From: a bacterium
GTDB lineage: Bacteria; UBA8248; JACPRG01; G963555815
Direction of reading: 5' to 3'
Length of the DNA: 64,000 nt
Assembly: GCA_965218795.1 (NCBI GenBank)
Contig: OZ244653.1
Location: forward strand, 4,800,001-4,864,000
Program-made: the position numbers and the translations under genes
In this document: in pieces, positions 1 to 11,453 of the stretch
Layout: each line of letters begins with the position of its first letter
How positions within the stretch are numbered: position 1 is the first letter of the stretch
The notes under the pieces: generated by a model
What the model was told of the DNA's origin: nothing
Database searches by the model: none
What the model saw: the letters and a program-made list of their open reading frames with translations, nothing else

Positions 1-311
1 CTCTTCGTGCAACCGCCAAGCAATCGGACGCCTTCAATGACGTGGCAAGGCCGAACGCGGGCGATCAGGGGTTTCAGAATGTCGGAAACGATCAGCGAGG
101 TCAGGGCGAGCGTGATCAGGGCCGTCGCAACGTAGAGCCTTTCCCTTCGGTTTCCGAGGCCTGCCAGGATCAGGAATGTCAAAGCGACGGGAGCAATCCA
201 CAGGCTCGCCTTGCCCAAGACGATGAGGAGCGATGCGAACCACTCGGGCCATTGGGTTCCGTTGATGATTCCGAAGATTTCTCGATCGTATGCCTGGAGA
301 GAGGAGAACAC
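1..311 (-). CDS. PAP2-family membrane phosphatase, N-terminal part (runs off the left edge; absent from the ORF track)
   Basis: Manual translation from GTG at 311: VFSSLQAYDREIFGIING...SDILKPLIARVRPCHVIEGVRLLGGCTK. It has hydrophobic segments and the PAP2 KxxxxxxRP motif. Confidence 0.8.
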   Translation of the reverse strand, partial: MFSSLQAYDREIFGIINGTQWPEWFASLLIVLGKASLWIAPVALTFLILAGLGNRRERLYVATALITLALTSLIVSDILKPLIARVRPCHVIEGVRLLGGCTK

Positions 312-394
312 GTTCAGGAGATTCCGGATTCCTCGAGAATCGGGTGGGTTAGGGATTTGGCATCAGTTTATGCGCGCTGAGGGCAACCGTTCGA

Positions 395-1402
395 TCAAGT
401 GAATTCCTCCCGAAGCGCACGGCTCATCAATTCGTCGAGCGCCAAAGTCGGATCGCGTCCTTCAAAAAGCACCTTATGCGTCTGCTCGATGATAGGAAGC
501 TCGACGTTTTCATTCTCTCCCAGCCGCTTTGCCGCTCTTGCCGTTTCGACGCCCTCGGCCACCATTCTCATGCCGGACAGTATCTGTTCCAGCTTTTCGC
601 CCGTTCCGAGACGGTATCCGACGGTCCGGTTGCGGCTTAGTTCCCCGGTGCTGGTCAGCACAAGGTCCCCGAATCCCGCCAACCCGGAAAATGTGCGGGC
701 CTTCGCGCCCATGGCGACTCCAAGTCGGGCGATCTCGGCGATCCCGCGGACGAGGAGGGCTGCTCGCGCATTGTGGCCCAGATTCAGGCCGTCTGAAATC
801 CCCGCAGTGAGCGCGATGACATTCTTGAGGGAGCCGCCCAGTTCAACGCCGAGAACGTCCTCTCCGGTATAGATCCGGAAGCTGGAATTGGAGAACAGCT
901 CTTGCGTCCGCACGGCGACGTCCGGTTCTTTCGAAGCCGCCACGGCCGCTGTGGGAAGCTCGGCGGAGACCTCCCGGGCGAAGGTCGGACCGGATAGAAC
1001 GCATAGCCGCAACTCCGTTCCATCGCCGGCGACTTCCCGAATGACCTGACTCATGGTGAGCAGAGAATCGGTTTCGATCCCTTTTGAGACTGTGACAATC
1101 AAGGGGGCCGCGGTTATCTCCGGGGCGAGTCTTTCCCAGATTTGCCGAACAACGTGAGAAGGCGGAGCGGAGACGATGGCGTCTACCCCTTGCACGGACG
1201 CTTTCAGATCGTTGAAGGGCTGGATGTGATTGTGAAGGCGAACGCCGGGGAGAAACACCGGATTTTCCCGTTTGTCCTCAATGGCCCGACAAATCTCGAT
1301 CTCGTAGACCCATAATTGGATGCGGTGGCCCATTTTGGCCAGATGGTGAGCCAGCGTCGTTCCCCAACTTCCCGCGCCGATCACGGCGATTGTCTGCTTC
1401 AT
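395..1402 (-). CDS. gpsA: NAD(P)H-dependent glycerol-3-phosphate dehydrogenase
   Basis: IAVIGAGSWGT Rossmann motif, LSGPTFA, GVELGGSLKNVIA, GDLVLT, SRNR. Start placed at MKQTIAV. Confidence 0.95.
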   Translation of the reverse strand: MKQTIAVIGAGSWGTTLAHHLAKMGHRIQLWVYEIEICRAIEDKRENPVFLPGVRLHNHIQPFNDLKASVQGVDAIVSAPPSHVVRQIWERLAPEITAAPLIVTVSKGIETDSLLTMSQVIREVAGDGTELRLCVLSGPTFAREVSAELPTAAVAASKEPDVAVRTQELFSNSSFRIYTGEDVLGVELGGSLKNVIALTAGISDGLNLGHNARAALLVRGIAEIARLGVAMGAKARTFSGLAGFGDLVLTSTGELSRNRTVGYRLGTGEKLEQILSGMRMVAEGVETARAAKRLGENENVELPIIEQTHKVLFEGRDPTLALDELMSRALREEFT

Positions 1403-1456
1403 CTTGATTCTCGAAGATGGTGTGCGGGTCACAGGAGACCCGATTCAATGAGCGGC

Positions 1457-2905
1457 TCATCCCTTGATGCATCCGACGGGCGTGAGGCGGGCCACCTTGC
1501 CGGCGATGCCTGCTTCATGGACGACATCGACCACTTCCGAAACGTCTTTGTAGGCCTCCGGCATTTCTTCGGCCATCGTTGAGCGTCCAGAGGCCATCAC
1601 AATGACGCCGCGGTCCTCCATCTCACGGTGAAGGGCCCTGCCCCGTGCAGCCTTCTTTGCCGCATGCCGGCTCATTCGTCGCCCCGCTCCGTGGCAGGTG
1701 CTGCCGAAGCTTTCTCCCATGGCCTTATCGGTTCCGGCGAGAATGAAGGATTGCCGTCCCATGTCTCCAGGGATCAGAACAGGCTGACCGACTTGTCTGT
1801 AATCGATCGGAATCTCCGCGTTTCCGGGGGGATAGGCGCGGGTGGCTCCTTTTCGATGCACGGCGACGCGCCGTTGCTTTCCATTCACCCTATGGGTTTC
1901 GAGTTTCACGATATTGTGCGCCACGTCATAGAGCGTGATCATCCCAAGGTCACGGGGCGAGATGGAGAGCGCCTCGAGAAACGCATCTTCGACTTGTCCC
2001 CGAATGCATTGGCGATTGGCCCAGGCGAAATTGGCGGCACATCGCATGGCGCCCATGTAGGATCGTCCTTCGGGGGATTCGATCGGGGCGCAGGCCAGCT
2101 GCCGGTCAGGAAGACGAATGCCGTACTTCGGCATGGCCTTCTCCATCACCCCCAGAAAATCGGTGCACACCTGATGGCCGAATCCGCGAGACCCAGTATG
2201 GATCATGACGGTGACCTGGCCTTCAAAAAGCCCATAGGCTTCGGCGATGATCGGATTGTAGATGTCTCGAACGATTTGAATCTCCGCGAAATGATTGCCG
2301 GACCCCAAGGTTCCCAATTGCCTTCGGCCTCGCTCAAAGGCTTTCTCGCCGACTTCTGAAGGCTGCGCGTCCGGCAGCATTCCTTCTGATTCGATGTGCG
2401 GCAAGTCGGCAGGTGATCCGAATCCCCGGCCGATCGCCCATTTCGCTCCTTGCTCCAGCAGGGCGCCTTTGTCGCCTTTGTCGAGGCGGAGGTCGCTATG
2501 GGATCCCACGCCGGTCGGGATCTTCTGAAACATCGCTGTGACGAGCTCGTGAATCCGGTTCCGGATGTCCTCGGAGTGAAGCCTGGTTCGGAGAAGGCGG
2601 ACGCCGCAGTTGATGTCGAATCCAACGCCCCCGGGGCTGACGACACCACCCGCTTCCGGGTCTGTGGCGACAACACCCCCGATGGGTAAACCGTAGCCGA
2701 AGTGGATGTCCGGCATCGCGATGGATGCGGTCACGATTCCGGGGAGCATCGCTCCATTGACGACTTGCTCCAGGGATTCATCCTTCCGGATTTCAGTCAG
2801 CAGGGTTTCGTTCGCGAAAACCAGTCCGTTCACGCGCATTCCCGGCTTGTAATCTCTTGGAATTTCGTATCGGTAGTCATCCAGCTTCTTGATGGGAACG
2901 CTCAT
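1457..2905 (-). CDS. rtcB: RtcB RNA ligase, long archaeal-type (482 aa)
   Basis: MPDIHFGYGLPIGGV, GFDINCGVR, LGSGNHF, HTGSRG, YDVAHN, HRKGAT, STCHGAGR and EEMPEAYKDV motifs. Confidence 0.95.
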   Translation of the reverse strand: MSVPIKKLDDYRYEIPRDYKPGMRVNGLVFANETLLTEIRKDESLEQVVNGAMLPGIVTASIAMPDIHFGYGLPIGGVVATDPEAGGVVSPGGVGFDINCGVRLLRTRLHSEDIRNRIHELVTAMFQKIPTGVGSHSDLRLDKGDKGALLEQGAKWAIGRGFGSPADLPHIESEGMLPDAQPSEVGEKAFERGRRQLGTLGSGNHFAEIQIVRDIYNPIIAEAYGLFEGQVTVMIHTGSRGFGHQVCTDFLGVMEKAMPKYGIRLPDRQLACAPIESPEGRSYMGAMRCAANFAWANRQCIRGQVEDAFLEALSISPRDLGMITLYDVAHNIVKLETHRVNGKQRRVAVHRKGATRAYPPGNAEIPIDYRQVGQPVLIPGDMGRQSFILAGTDKAMGESFGSTCHGAGRRMSRHAAKKAARGRALHREMEDRGVIVMASGRSTMAEEMPEAYKDVSEVVDVVHEAGIAGKVARLTPVGCIKG

Positions 2906-2928
2906 GGCCCTACCCTCTGGAAGCCTCC

Positions 2929-3363
2929 CTACACATCCAATATAACGTACGTCCTCCAGCCTTCGGGGGTTTGGTCCAGACTCAAGCGATGAAGGGCAAC
3001 CCCCTTCACCTCAAGCCCCAGGGCATGGCGGCTTCGGTCTCCCGGTTCCCCCAGCAGCTCTCCTTCAATCTGTTTTTCTTCCAATCTGGAGATATGCACG
3101 TTACATCCGAAAAAGCAATGTATCTCGCCAAGGTATATCAGTTCGTTCAACCATTGGACCAGAAGGTCCTCCGGATTTCCCCCTTCGGTCCGAAAGGGAA
3201 GTGATTGACGCGGTTCCAGGCTGTCGAGATCGCAGATCGCGCTGAATAGTCCACGCGCGGTCTCCCGAAATACATCCTCTTGAGTCGCCCCCCAGGCCGC
3301 GACGGCCAAATCGGCCACAGTGGGACGAAGACAAAACCCCGAGGTTGACGGCGCACGCTGCAT
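2929..3363 (-). CDS. Archease (RtcB activator)
   Basis: TVADL at the N-terminus, EDLLVQWLNELIY, EVKGVALH and a C-terminal ILDV; lies directly upstream of rtcB. Confidence 0.88.
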   Translation of the reverse strand: MQRAPSTSGFCLRPTVADLAVAAWGATQEDVFRETARGLFSAICDLDSLEPRQSLPFRTEGGNPEDLLVQWLNELIYLGEIHCFFGCNVHISRLEEKQIEGELLGEPGDRSRHALGLEVKGVALHRLSLDQTPEGWRTYVILDV

Positions 3364-3378
3364 CCCGATCGTCAGGCC

Positions 3379-4731
3379 TCAGGGCTCATAGAGGATTTCA
3401 CTCCTGATGGCGATTCGGTTTCCGGCTATGGTGGATGGAAACTTGGGGAAAGGGGCTGCCTTTCGGACAGCCATGAGCGCTTCTTCGTCCAGCAGTTCGA
3501 ATCCCGAGCCTTGGAGCAGCTTCAGGGTGGCCAGCTGCCCGTCCCGGGTGACTTCGAATCGAACCACGACCCTTCCGCTGACTTTCCCATTCGCTGCGGC
3601 CTGCGGATAAAACAGGCGTTTGTCGATTTTCTTCCAGATCGCGTAACGGTACCCCCGGTATCTGAGGTCTTGTGTCATCAAAGGAGCGAGTCGGGTCCTT
3701 TTCTTCGCTTTCAGCTTCTCGGTCTTCGTCGCTGAAGGTCGATTCGTGATCGGGGCCTTCAGAGAGGTCAGAAGCTCGGTGGCCGTTTTGGGCTTCTTGA
3801 GGCGGCTTGATATTTTTGGGGGTACTCGGACGTAGTCGTCAACTTTGACCGAAGCCAATCGATCGTCCGACTTGGACGAAGGACGGGGCTTGTCGTCAGT
3901 CAGCGGTGGGGAGGGCGGGGCGGATTGGAACGTTCCGCTGAGTCGATTGGGATCGATCTTGGCGGTTCTCATCTTTTTCGCAGACCCCAATTTTGAAAAG
4001 CTCTCCTTCTTCAATTTTTCGGATGGCGTTTTCCGGGCAAGGGTGTCGGGAACCCGCCGATTGGATGGTCTAGGCGCTCGACGGACAGCGGGGCTGGCTC
4101 TGAACGAGGCCAAAAGCATTTTCGACTGATTCGCACGCGGGAGAGCTATCCGGGTTCCCTGTAACGGTTTCAGGTCTTCCGAAGATGCAAGAGCCGCCGG
4201 TTTGGAGACCTCCGGTTCTTTCAAAATGGGTCGAGGAGGCCGGGGTTTTCCGGTTTGCAATTCGGTTCGCGGGGTGGAACGACGAGCTGGATTTTTGCCG
4301 TTTTTCGCGACCCCATTTTTCTCGACCACAATCCGAACAGCCGGAATCTGATGTCTCTCGAGATTCTTCTGCAAAACCCGGCCTCCGCTTCCGAGCCGGG
4401 ATATCGTGTTATCCGAGACCTGAAGCGTCGGCGGGAGAGGGCGTGTCATAGAAAGAGGCGACGTTTTCTGGGGAGGAGGCGAAAATTTCACCACAGGCGG
4501 CGGCGAGGTATCTGATCCGCGAGAGGGTCGAGCTTCTGGATGAGACTTCATGGGCTTTGAATCAAGCATGGGGAGGGAGGCGAGAAGACGGACACGAACC
4601 GGCAGTTGATCAGAGATAACCCTCTGGCCAAAAAAAGAGAAAGTGTTCAGCGTGAGGACGGTCCCGACCGCCGCGAGACCATGGACGAAGATCGAAATGA
4701 GAACGTACGGTGAATACGCGGCTCTATCCAT
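3379..4731 (-). CDS. TonB-family protein (N-terminal TM helix, long Pro/Lys/Ser-rich linker, TonB_C domain)
   Basis: ISIFVHGL TM motif; C-terminal YPQAAANGKVSGRVVVRFEVTRDG...SGFELLDEEALMAVRKAAPFP. Confidence 0.85.
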   Translation of the reverse strand: MDRAAYSPYVLISIFVHGLAAVGTVLTLNTFSFFGQRVISDQLPVRVRLLASLPMLDSKPMKSHPEARPSRGSDTSPPPVVKFSPPPQKTSPLSMTRPLPPTLQVSDNTISRLGSGGRVLQKNLERHQIPAVRIVVEKNGVAKNGKNPARRSTPRTELQTGKPRPPRPILKEPEVSKPAALASSEDLKPLQGTRIALPRANQSKMLLASFRASPAVRRAPRPSNRRVPDTLARKTPSEKLKKESFSKLGSAKKMRTAKIDPNRLSGTFQSAPPSPPLTDDKPRPSSKSDDRLASVKVDDYVRVPPKISSRLKKPKTATELLTSLKAPITNRPSATKTEKLKAKKRTRLAPLMTQDLRYRGYRYAIWKKIDKRLFYPQAAANGKVSGRVVVRFEVTRDGQLATLKLLQGSGFELLDEEALMAVRKAAPFPKFPSTIAGNRIAIRSEILYEP

Positions 4732-4881
4732 GGATCCTATCGCTCAAGCAGGGTTGTCCAGCGTCTGTCAATCCGATGGGAAACGCCGGAACCCTTCCAT
4801 AAGTATAGTCCAGATTCAGGCTGGAATCCAATGGAAGAGTGCTCCTTCAGGTTTGCTGCGCGGAATCATGTATCGAACAAC

Positions 4882-4919
4882 AAAAAAAAAGAGCCCGCAT
4901 TCCCAAGGAACGCGGGCTC
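4882..4919 (-). terminator. Intrinsic terminator of groESL
   Basis: GAGCCCGC...GCGGGCTC stem followed by a T9 run on the minus strand, just after the groEL stop. Confidence 0.85.
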
Positions 4920-4944
4920 GTGACCGTCGAGGAATTTTCGACTC

Positions 4945-6573
<1,629 letters not shown>

Positions 6574-6636
6574 CTACGATTTCCTCTCGGAATCTTGAAA
6601 CCTTGGGGAATTTGATTTCATCTAGGGGCTGATCCC

Positions 6637-6924
6637 TTATTCGACGACGGCGAGGACATCATCCTCCCGCATGATCAGCAATTCTTCACCATTCAGCTTG
6701 ACCTCGGTACCTGCGTATTTCGCGTAGAGGACCTTCTCGCCCTTCTTGACTTCAAGGGGTTGTTTGTCCCCGTCCTTCAGTACGCGGCCAGAGCCCACCG
6801 CAACGATTTCTCCTTCCTGGGGCTTTTCCTTCGCGGTATCCGGGATAATGATCCCTCCCTGCTTCATTTCCTCTTCCGCCAAGGGCCGCACCAGGATGCG
6901 ATCTTGGAGTGGCCTAACCTTCAT
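6637..6924 (-). CDS. groS: Co-chaperonin GroES (true start MKVRPLQDR, 95 aa)
   Basis: [24 protein letters not shown]; purine-rich SD (GAGGAG) upstream of the ATG at 6924. Confidence 0.98.
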   Translation of the reverse strand: MKVRPLQDRILVRPLAEEEMKQGGIIIPDTAKEKPQEGEIVAVGSGRVLKDGDKQPLEVKKGEKVLYAKYAGTEVKLNGEELLIMREDDVLAVVE

Positions 6925-7073
6925 GGGATTTCTCTCCTCTGATGGATAGTTCATGGCGCCAATCAGCCGGACACATCGTGCTCCCAGCGCCGGTGAGTTC
7001 AAATCCTGCGCCCAAAAATCGAACACAGGAAATTCCCGAAATAAATGCAAAAACCTCCGATTTTTCAGAGAAA

Positions 7074-7100
7074 TTAGCACTCCCAACTTCCGAGTGCCAA
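7074..7100. promoter_or_regulatory. CIRCE operator (HrcA site) upstream of groESL
   Basis: TTAGCACTC-ccaacttcc-GAGTGCCAA matches the consensus at 17/18 positions with an exact N9 spacer. hrcA is in the window, and a sigma70-like TTGTAT-N18-TATATT lies just upstream on the minus strand. Confidence 0.95.
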
Positions 7101-7477
7101 TAATATATGTAACTTCAATCCCCAAATACAAGAAAAAATTGTAATTTTTCTTAGGGATTCTCATGCAAGGAATACGATTTAACCCTACGCCTAAAAAAAT
7201 CACGAATTTTGTAAAGCCTTGGTCATTCCCACAAGGAAGATACGGCGTTTTCTGGAATCCTGAATCGGGTTGTCCTATCCTGTTTGAAAGCCTTAGAATT
7301 CATTCTCCTTCATCCCGCTGACTACAAGGCAGGTTGCTGTCTGGAGCTTGCATCCGGCAATACGAGAATGAACCTGCGCCGAGAGTCTGTCGAAAGAAAA
7401 CTCCTGATCAAGCCGGTTTTCCTCCGGTTTCCGACGGCTCCCTCGGCCGTACCATCCCAACGAGATAGAATGTTCCC

Positions 7478-8272
7478 GTGAACTCTTCTCCGTGTGTGCA
7501 TATTCTGGGAACGTCCTCCGCCCGCCCGATGCCCAATCGCGATCACACATCTCTGGTCGTTGAAACAGGGGAGGACCTCACGCTCATCGATTGCTCCGCC
7601 AATCCGGTTGGGAAGATTCTGCGGCTGGGTCTCGATCCTCTCCGTCTCAGCAGGGTTGTTGTGACCCACGCCCATACCGATCACACGTACGGATTTCCAT
7701 CGGTCATTTATTCATTTCGGACCTATCATCCCAAACGTGTAGAACCCCTCACCGTGTTTGCACCGAAGGAAGCGTTAGACCTGTTGAAACGCCTATCGGA
7801 TTCCTATGGGTTTGGAAGTCCCCAATCCCCGTTGCAATTTGACCTGGAGTTCCGGGAAGTTCCCGATACCGAGGATCATCTCTTGTTGGATGCCGGCGAT
7901 TATCGGATCAAAACAGCCCCCGTTCTCCATAAGGACAAGGAGGTCGTCGCTCTCCGCGTGGATGACGGACGGACGGGGAGGGCCATGACCTACTCCGCCG
8001 ACACCGAACCGTGTCCGTCGTTGGATCGTCTCGCCGTCGGAACAAACCTGATCATCATGGAAGCCACCCTGACCGGAGAGGAGGAGCTACCCGGTCATTG
8101 CACAGGCGAGGAGGCGGGAGAAGTGGCTGCCCGTTCCGGGGCTGGTCAACTGCTCCTCGTTCACGTCATGACCCAAAACGCGGACGAGGAGAAAGCGCTG
8201 ACTGCGGCGGCTCGGAAATCATTCGGCGGTCCGGTTGAAATCGCGGATGAAATGAGGAGCTATGCCTTCTAA
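7478..8272 (+). CDS. Metallo-beta-lactamase-fold hydrolase, RNase Z/ElaC/AtsA-like
   Basis: ILGTSSARP, LIDC, THAHTDH (HxHxDH), YSADT, MEAT, LLLVH. Confidence 0.85.
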   Translation: MNSSPCVHILGTSSARPMPNRDHTSLVVETGEDLTLIDCSANPVGKILRLGLDPLRLSRVVVTHAHTDHTYGFPSVIYSFRTYHPKRVEPLTVFAPKEALDLLKRLSDSYGFGSPQSPLQFDLEFREVPDTEDHLLLDAGDYRIKTAPVLHKDKEVVALRVDDGRTGRAMTYSADTEPCPSLDRLAVGTNLIIMEATLTGEEELPGHCTGEEAGEVAARSGAGQLLLVHVMTQNADEEKALTAAARKSFGGPVEIADEMRSYAF

Positions 8273-8297
8273 CTAACTAAACTTGCGGATCTTCGGC

Positions 8298-9584
8298 TCA
8301 CCCTCCGAGACCGGACGACGCCTTAAGACCGATATCGCTCCTGTAATAGACTCCCTCCCATTGGATCTGTTTGACGGCTTCGTATGCAAGACGGACCGCC
8401 GCGTTGAGGTCTTTCCCGATCGCGGTCACCCCCAGCACGCGGCCTCCGTCGGTCAGTATCCGGTCTCCACGGCGCACGGTTCCTGCGTGAAACACCTGGA
8501 CTCCAGTCAATCCCGACACGTCTTCGAGGCCTGTGATGGTTTTTCCTTTTTCATATTCGCCGGGGTACCCGCCCGAAGCCATCACGACGCAAACCGCCGC
8601 GTCTTTGAGAAGCCGAACGGTTTGTCCGCCCTTCATCCTTCCTTCCGCGACCTCCAGGAGCCAGGGTACGATGTCCTCGTCCAATCGCATGAGAATGGGT
8701 TGGGTTTCCGGGTCACCGAAGCGCGCGTTGAATTCGAGCGCTTTTTCTCCCCGGTCCGTCAGAATCAATCCCCCATACAGCATGCCGCAGTAGGGAGTCC
8801 CATCGGCGCGCAGCGCATCCGCGGCCGGTTGGTGGCAATGCTCAAGAATGGATTGAATCAGCTGGTCACTCGCCAGGGGGACCGGAGAATAGGCGCCCAT
8901 ACCACCCGTATTCTCTCCCGTGTCCCCATCACCGATCGGTTTGTGGTCTTGCGCGCTGGCGAGATAAGCGACCTCGGGACCGTTGCAAAACGCAAAGACG
9001 GATAATTCGGGTCCCGCTAATTTCTCTTCGATGACGACGGTCCGTCCCGCCTCCCCCAACACCCTCTCCTCCATGAACCTTCGAACGGCCTGCTCGGCTT
9101 GGCGGCGAGAGTCGCAGACGATGACTCCCTTGCCCGCGGCCAGACCATCGGCTTTGACCACGACGGGCCCCTTTGGAAGGGTGCTGACGAACGCGAGGGC
9201 TGCGGATGCATCCTGAAAGGTCCGATGGGACGCGGTGGGCACGTTCGCCCTTTGGAAAAGGTCTTTGGCAAAAGCTTTGGATCCTTCTATAAGGGCGGCG
9301 GAACGCCGTGGCCCGAAGATTGTTTTCCCCTCGGATTCAAACCGATCGACAATCCCCGCCATGAGCGGCGCTTCCGGGCCGACAATGGTCAGGGCGATCC
9401 TTTCCCTCTTGGCGAAATTCAGTAGCGATTCCACATCATCGATCGGGATAGGGACGTTCGTCCCTTCCATCGCGGTCCCCGCATTGCCGGGAGCGATGAA
9501 AATTTCGTCAACGAGAGGACTCTGACGAGCCTTCCACGCCAGGGCATGCTCCCGTCCACCGCTTCCCGCGATGAGAATTTTCAT
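8298..9584 (-). CDS. purD: Phosphoribosylamine-glycine ligase
   Basis: GSGGREHAL, VVKADGLAAGKGV, NTGGMGAYSP, EFNARFGDPE. Confidence 0.98.
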   Translation of the reverse strand: MKILIAGSGGREHALAWKARQSPLVDEIFIAPGNAGTAMEGTNVPIPIDDVESLLNFAKRERIALTIVGPEAPLMAGIVDRFESEGKTIFGPRRSAALIEGSKAFAKDLFQRANVPTASHRTFQDASAALAFVSTLPKGPVVVKADGLAAGKGVIVCDSRRQAEQAVRRFMEERVLGEAGRTVVIEEKLAGPELSVFAFCNGPEVAYLASAQDHKPIGDGDTGENTGGMGAYSPVPLASDQLIQSILEHCHQPAADALRADGTPYCGMLYGGLILTDRGEKALEFNARFGDPETQPILMRLDEDIVPWLLEVAEGRMKGGQTVRLLKDAAVCVVMASGGYPGEYEKGKTITGLEDVSGLTGVQVFHAGTVRRGDRILTDGGRVLGVTAIGKDLNAAVRLAYEAVKQIQWEGVYYRSDIGLKASSGLGG

Positions 9585-10378
9585 GGTCGCTCCGGATCCT
9601 TCCTTCCATCGGACGGGGAGTTGATTTCCCCCACGGGCCCTGACCCCTCGCCCATTTCTCCGAAGATGTATTCCAGGATGGCAAGGACCGCGATAGGGGC
9701 GGTCTCTGATCGCAGGATCCGGGGACCCATATGGGTGGGGAGAAATCCCGCCGCTTCAGCGGAACGAACCTCACTCTCCGTAAATCCGCCCTCCGGCCCG
9801 ATGAGCACGGCCACCGATTCCTTGGATGAAGCCTTTGAGAGGGTTTCGCGAAGTCCCATCGGGGATTTCTCATGAAACACGATTTTCAGTTCCGCGTTCT
9901 TGGTCTCCCTCAGGAAATCATCGAGTGAAATGGGAGGCCCTACTTCCATCGGCCGGATGCGGCCGCATTGTTTCCTCGCGGCCTCGGCCACCCGTTGCCA
10001 CCTTTGGTGCCTGTCCGCTGCGCGGTCGGCGTCCAGCCGAGGCACGCTCCGGTCTGCAAGAATCGGAGATACCGCCCCCGCCCCCAGCTCAACGGCCTTC
10101 TCCACGATCCAGTCCAGTTTCCACCCCTTCGGGACCGCCTGCCCCAACCAAACGAAGAGGCGATCCCGCCGGGTCACTTGCCGGGTTCGGATCTTTCCTG
10201 CGGCGCCCCTGCGCGTCAACTCTGTCAACTCGACTTCATACTCGGTGATATCGCCGTCTGAAACGCGGATCACATCCCCCTTCTTCTGGCGCATGGCCCG
10301 CATATGCCTGGCTTCCTCGGCGGAGAAGCGGAGACGATTCGTGCGGACATTCTCCGGGTTGACTCGATAGACAGACAT
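9581..10378 (-). CDS. rsmE: 16S rRNA m3U1498 methyltransferase
   Basis: EKAVELG, AARKQCGR, IGPEGGFT, ILRSETA; follows prmA. Confidence 0.95.
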   Translation of the reverse strand: MSVYRVNPENVRTNRLRFSAEEARHMRAMRQKKGDVIRVSDGDITEYEVELTELTRRGAAGKIRTRQVTRRDRLFVWLGQAVPKGWKLDWIVEKAVELGAGAVSPILADRSVPRLDADRAADRHQRWQRVAEAARKQCGRIRPMEVGPPISLDDFLRETKNAELKIVFHEKSPMGLRETLSKASSKESVAVLIGPEGGFTESEVRSAEAAGFLPTHMGPRILRSETAPIAVLAILEYIFGEMGEGSGPVGEINSPSDGRKDPERP

Positions 10379-10464
10379 GGGCTCAACAGACCGAATTCAG
10401 GGTCATTCCCTTCCAACGACAGGGTTGGATGGAAAAGGTCTGGGGTCCGTTCAAGAGTTGGCGC

Positions 10465-11403
10465 TCAGGATTTCTTCATTGTCAGACATGCCCATTCCTT
10501 TTCACTCGATGTGCCGATCAAGTCAACACCCTCCGCCCTCAGAGCAGCCACCAACCTTGGAGTTTGATGGGTCAGGATTCCGGACAGTATCGCAATTCCA
10601 GCGACTTTGAGACGTCGAACAAGGATTGGAGTCATTGTCAGCAGGGGATCCAGGAAAAGATTCGCAAAAATCAGATCAAACCGGCCCTGCGTCCTTTCGA
10701 TCGATCCCTCCCGAGCGGTCATCCGGGACGCTACGCGGTTCCTGCGGGCGTTCTCTCGGGCTGCGTGTATGGATCCGGGCTCCAAATCGACCGAAGAAAC
10801 TCGGCAGGCACGGAACGACAATGCCGCCGCGATGCCAAGGATTCCCGAGCCGCAACCGATATCGAGAACGCGTTTGGGGGTGAGTCGCCCCTTTTTCTTG
10901 TGCCTGAAGATGTCGCCGAGGGTCAGCAAACAAAGGCGTGTCGTGGGGTGTTCCCCGGTTCCAAAGGCCATGGCGGGCGTCAGGAGGATCCGGATCCATC
11001 CCTCGTCCTCTCCATCCGCCGGTCGATCCCTTTCGCTTGCCTCCGGGTGAAACCCCGGCAGGATTTGGTACGGGCCAACTTTTCTCGGAACACATCGCTC
11101 CTGGAAGTCTCGTACCCAGTCGATTGCAGGCAGGGGGCGCGATTCAACCTTCTCACCGGAGAGCCCCAAGTGCATGAGGGAGTCGGTATAGGTACCCAGT
11201 TCCTCGAGATTTCTTTTCAGGTGAATGTCGTTGTGAAGATAACCCTCGACTCGCGCTTCCCCCTCACCGGAAATAACCACCCCGGGCGAGCCCAGCTCCA
11301 TCAGACGTGAAGCAACCGCTTCAATATAGACCGGATCACCCTTGGATTCGACGACGATCCACTTTGAATCTTCGGGGAGGAGGAAGGACGAATTTTCGAT
11401 CAC
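10465..11403 (-). CDS. prmA: Ribosomal protein L11 methyltransferase (probable GTG start at 11403)
   Basis: PAMAFGTGEHPTT, VLDIGCGSGILGI, FDLIFAN; dnaJ-prmA-rsmE order. Confidence 0.92.
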   Translation of the reverse strand: MIENSSFLLPEDSKWIVVESKGDPVYIEAVASRLMELGSPGVVISGEGEARVEGYLHNDIHLKRNLEELGTYTDSLMHLGLSGEKVESRPLPAIDWVRDFQERCVPRKVGPYQILPGFHPEASERDRPADGEDEGWIRILLTPAMAFGTGEHPTTRLCLLTLGDIFRHKKKGRLTPKRVLDIGCGSGILGIAAALSFRACRVSSVDLEPGSIHAARENARRNRVASRMTAREGSIERTQGRFDLIFANLFLDPLLTMTPILVRRLKVAGIAILSGILTHQTPRLVAALRAEGVDLIGTSSEKEWACLTMKKS

Positions 11404-11453
11404 CGATCCTCCGCCAAGGCCGTCTCGGACCCGATGGTAACCGAGAGTTTCGT

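Noticed and set aside
34-402. Short tracked ORFs at the window start
   Set aside because: The region is better explained by the untracked minus-strand PAP2 frame.
6977-7003. Possible second CIRCE upstream of groES
   Set aside because: Only about 10/18 matches to the consensus.
6925-7203. N-terminal extension of GroES in the ORF track (also long extensions of tmk, GtrA, livM, livG, the Liv binding protein and lon)
   Set aside because: These extensions run through promoter DNA or upstream genes; SD-supported internal starts match the family lengths.
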